A stretch of DNA of 64,000 nt from Octopus vulgaris. Taxonomy: Eukaryota. Within the stretch, counting starts at the first letter, position 1, and each line of letters starts with the position of its first letter. Shown piece by piece: positions 56,204 through 64,000 of this stretch. The translations under genes were made by a program, and so were the position numbers. The stretch spans positions 130,076,001-130,140,000 of the forward strand of contig OX597819.1 of the NCBI GenBank assembly GCA_951406725.2, read 5' to 3'. The notes under the pieces were generated by a model. It ran no database searches. It saw nothing but the letters and a program-made list of their open reading frames with translations, and was not told where the DNA came from.

Positions 56204-56531
56204 GTTAGTAATGGCATCACCGATAATAGTGATGTTAACGATGATGGTGTTGCTATGCAAAGAGGAAGATAGTTTAAAAGCAGTTAGTCGGTTGATCAGT
56301 TAATTACAAAGTGGATGCTAGCCGTTCTTAGGAACGAAAAGCGTAATTAAGGCAAGTAAGTGTTTAATTGAATAGAGCTGTAAATAGCTGAGATAATGGC
56401 TTGTAACATCGAGACGAGGAGATAGCATTTGACTGTGCAAGAGTGATTGGGTTGTGTTTTAGTGAACGGCATATACACATACTGATGAATGTAAATACAT
56501 ACATACTTATACATACATGCATATATATATG

Positions 56532-56567
<36 letters not shown>

Positions 56568-56603
56568 AATCTATATATATAGGTATATATTTACGCACAT
56601 ATG

Positions 56604-56639
<36 letters not shown>

Positions 56640-56783
56640 CATGTACATATACACACATATTCATGTACGTTTGTATATATGTGTGTGCGTGTGTGTATGC
56701 GTGTCAGTGAGTGTGTCTGATTAGTGTAAGAGTTAAAAGCGGTAAAGAGAGTGAGAGAAGAAGACGAAGAAGCTGACGATGAC

Positions 56784-56834
<51 letters not shown>

Positions 56835-56973
56835 GATGGTAGTGGTGGTAGTGGAACTGGAGGTGGCGGTGGCGATGAAAAAGGGAGAAGAGAATGTTAG
56901 AGTAGATTAAAGCGATGTAATTAGAATTATGAGTAGAAATGTTATATACACACGCACATACATACATACACAC

Positions 56974-57102
<129 letters not shown>

Positions 57103-57248
57103 CATGTATGTAGGTATGTGTGTATGTATGCATATAGTTAGCTATAGATATATATGCATGCATTTGTGCACACACACAGCTATATACCTTTAGGCAGGTC
57201 TTGTTTTGTAACTTCTTTTTACACTGTTTATTCAAGAATGCAGGTTAG

Positions 57249-57348
57249 NNNNNNNNNNNNNNNNNNNNNNNNNNNNNNNNNNNNNNNNNNNNNNNNNNNN
57301 NNNNNNNNNNNNNNNNNNNNNNNNNNNNNNNNNNNNNNNNNNNNNNNN
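57249..57348. other. Assembly gap, 100 N
   Basis: Run of N. Confidence 1.

Positions 57349-64000
<6,652 letters not shown>

Overview
Very repeat-dense, AT-rich eukaryotic genomic DNA, most likely octopus/cephalopod (inferred from the microsatellite load and the tRNA-derived SINE types). No protein-coding gene is recognisable; nearly all ORFs in the track are translated microsatellites. Supportable content: (i) dozens of microsatellites; (ii) at least four tRNA-headed SINE families, labelled A-D here; (iii) 5'-truncated LINE fragments of CR1/L2, RTE and R4/Dong (restriction-like endonuclease) types; (iv) a Penelope-like GIY-YIG remnant and about ten dispersed minimal hammerhead-ribozyme-like motifs, several in fold-back elements inside (TA)n tracts; (v) a hAT transposase fossil; (vi) a 100-N gap followed by a ~6.7 kb near-identical copy of 44455-51163, probably an uncollapsed haplotype. 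The most interesting signals are the hammerhead-bearing fold-back elements with a recurrent CCGA core variant, a SINE/LINE shared 3' hairpin with compensatory changes, and microsatellite-specific retroelement targeting. All folds, translations and alignments were done by eye.
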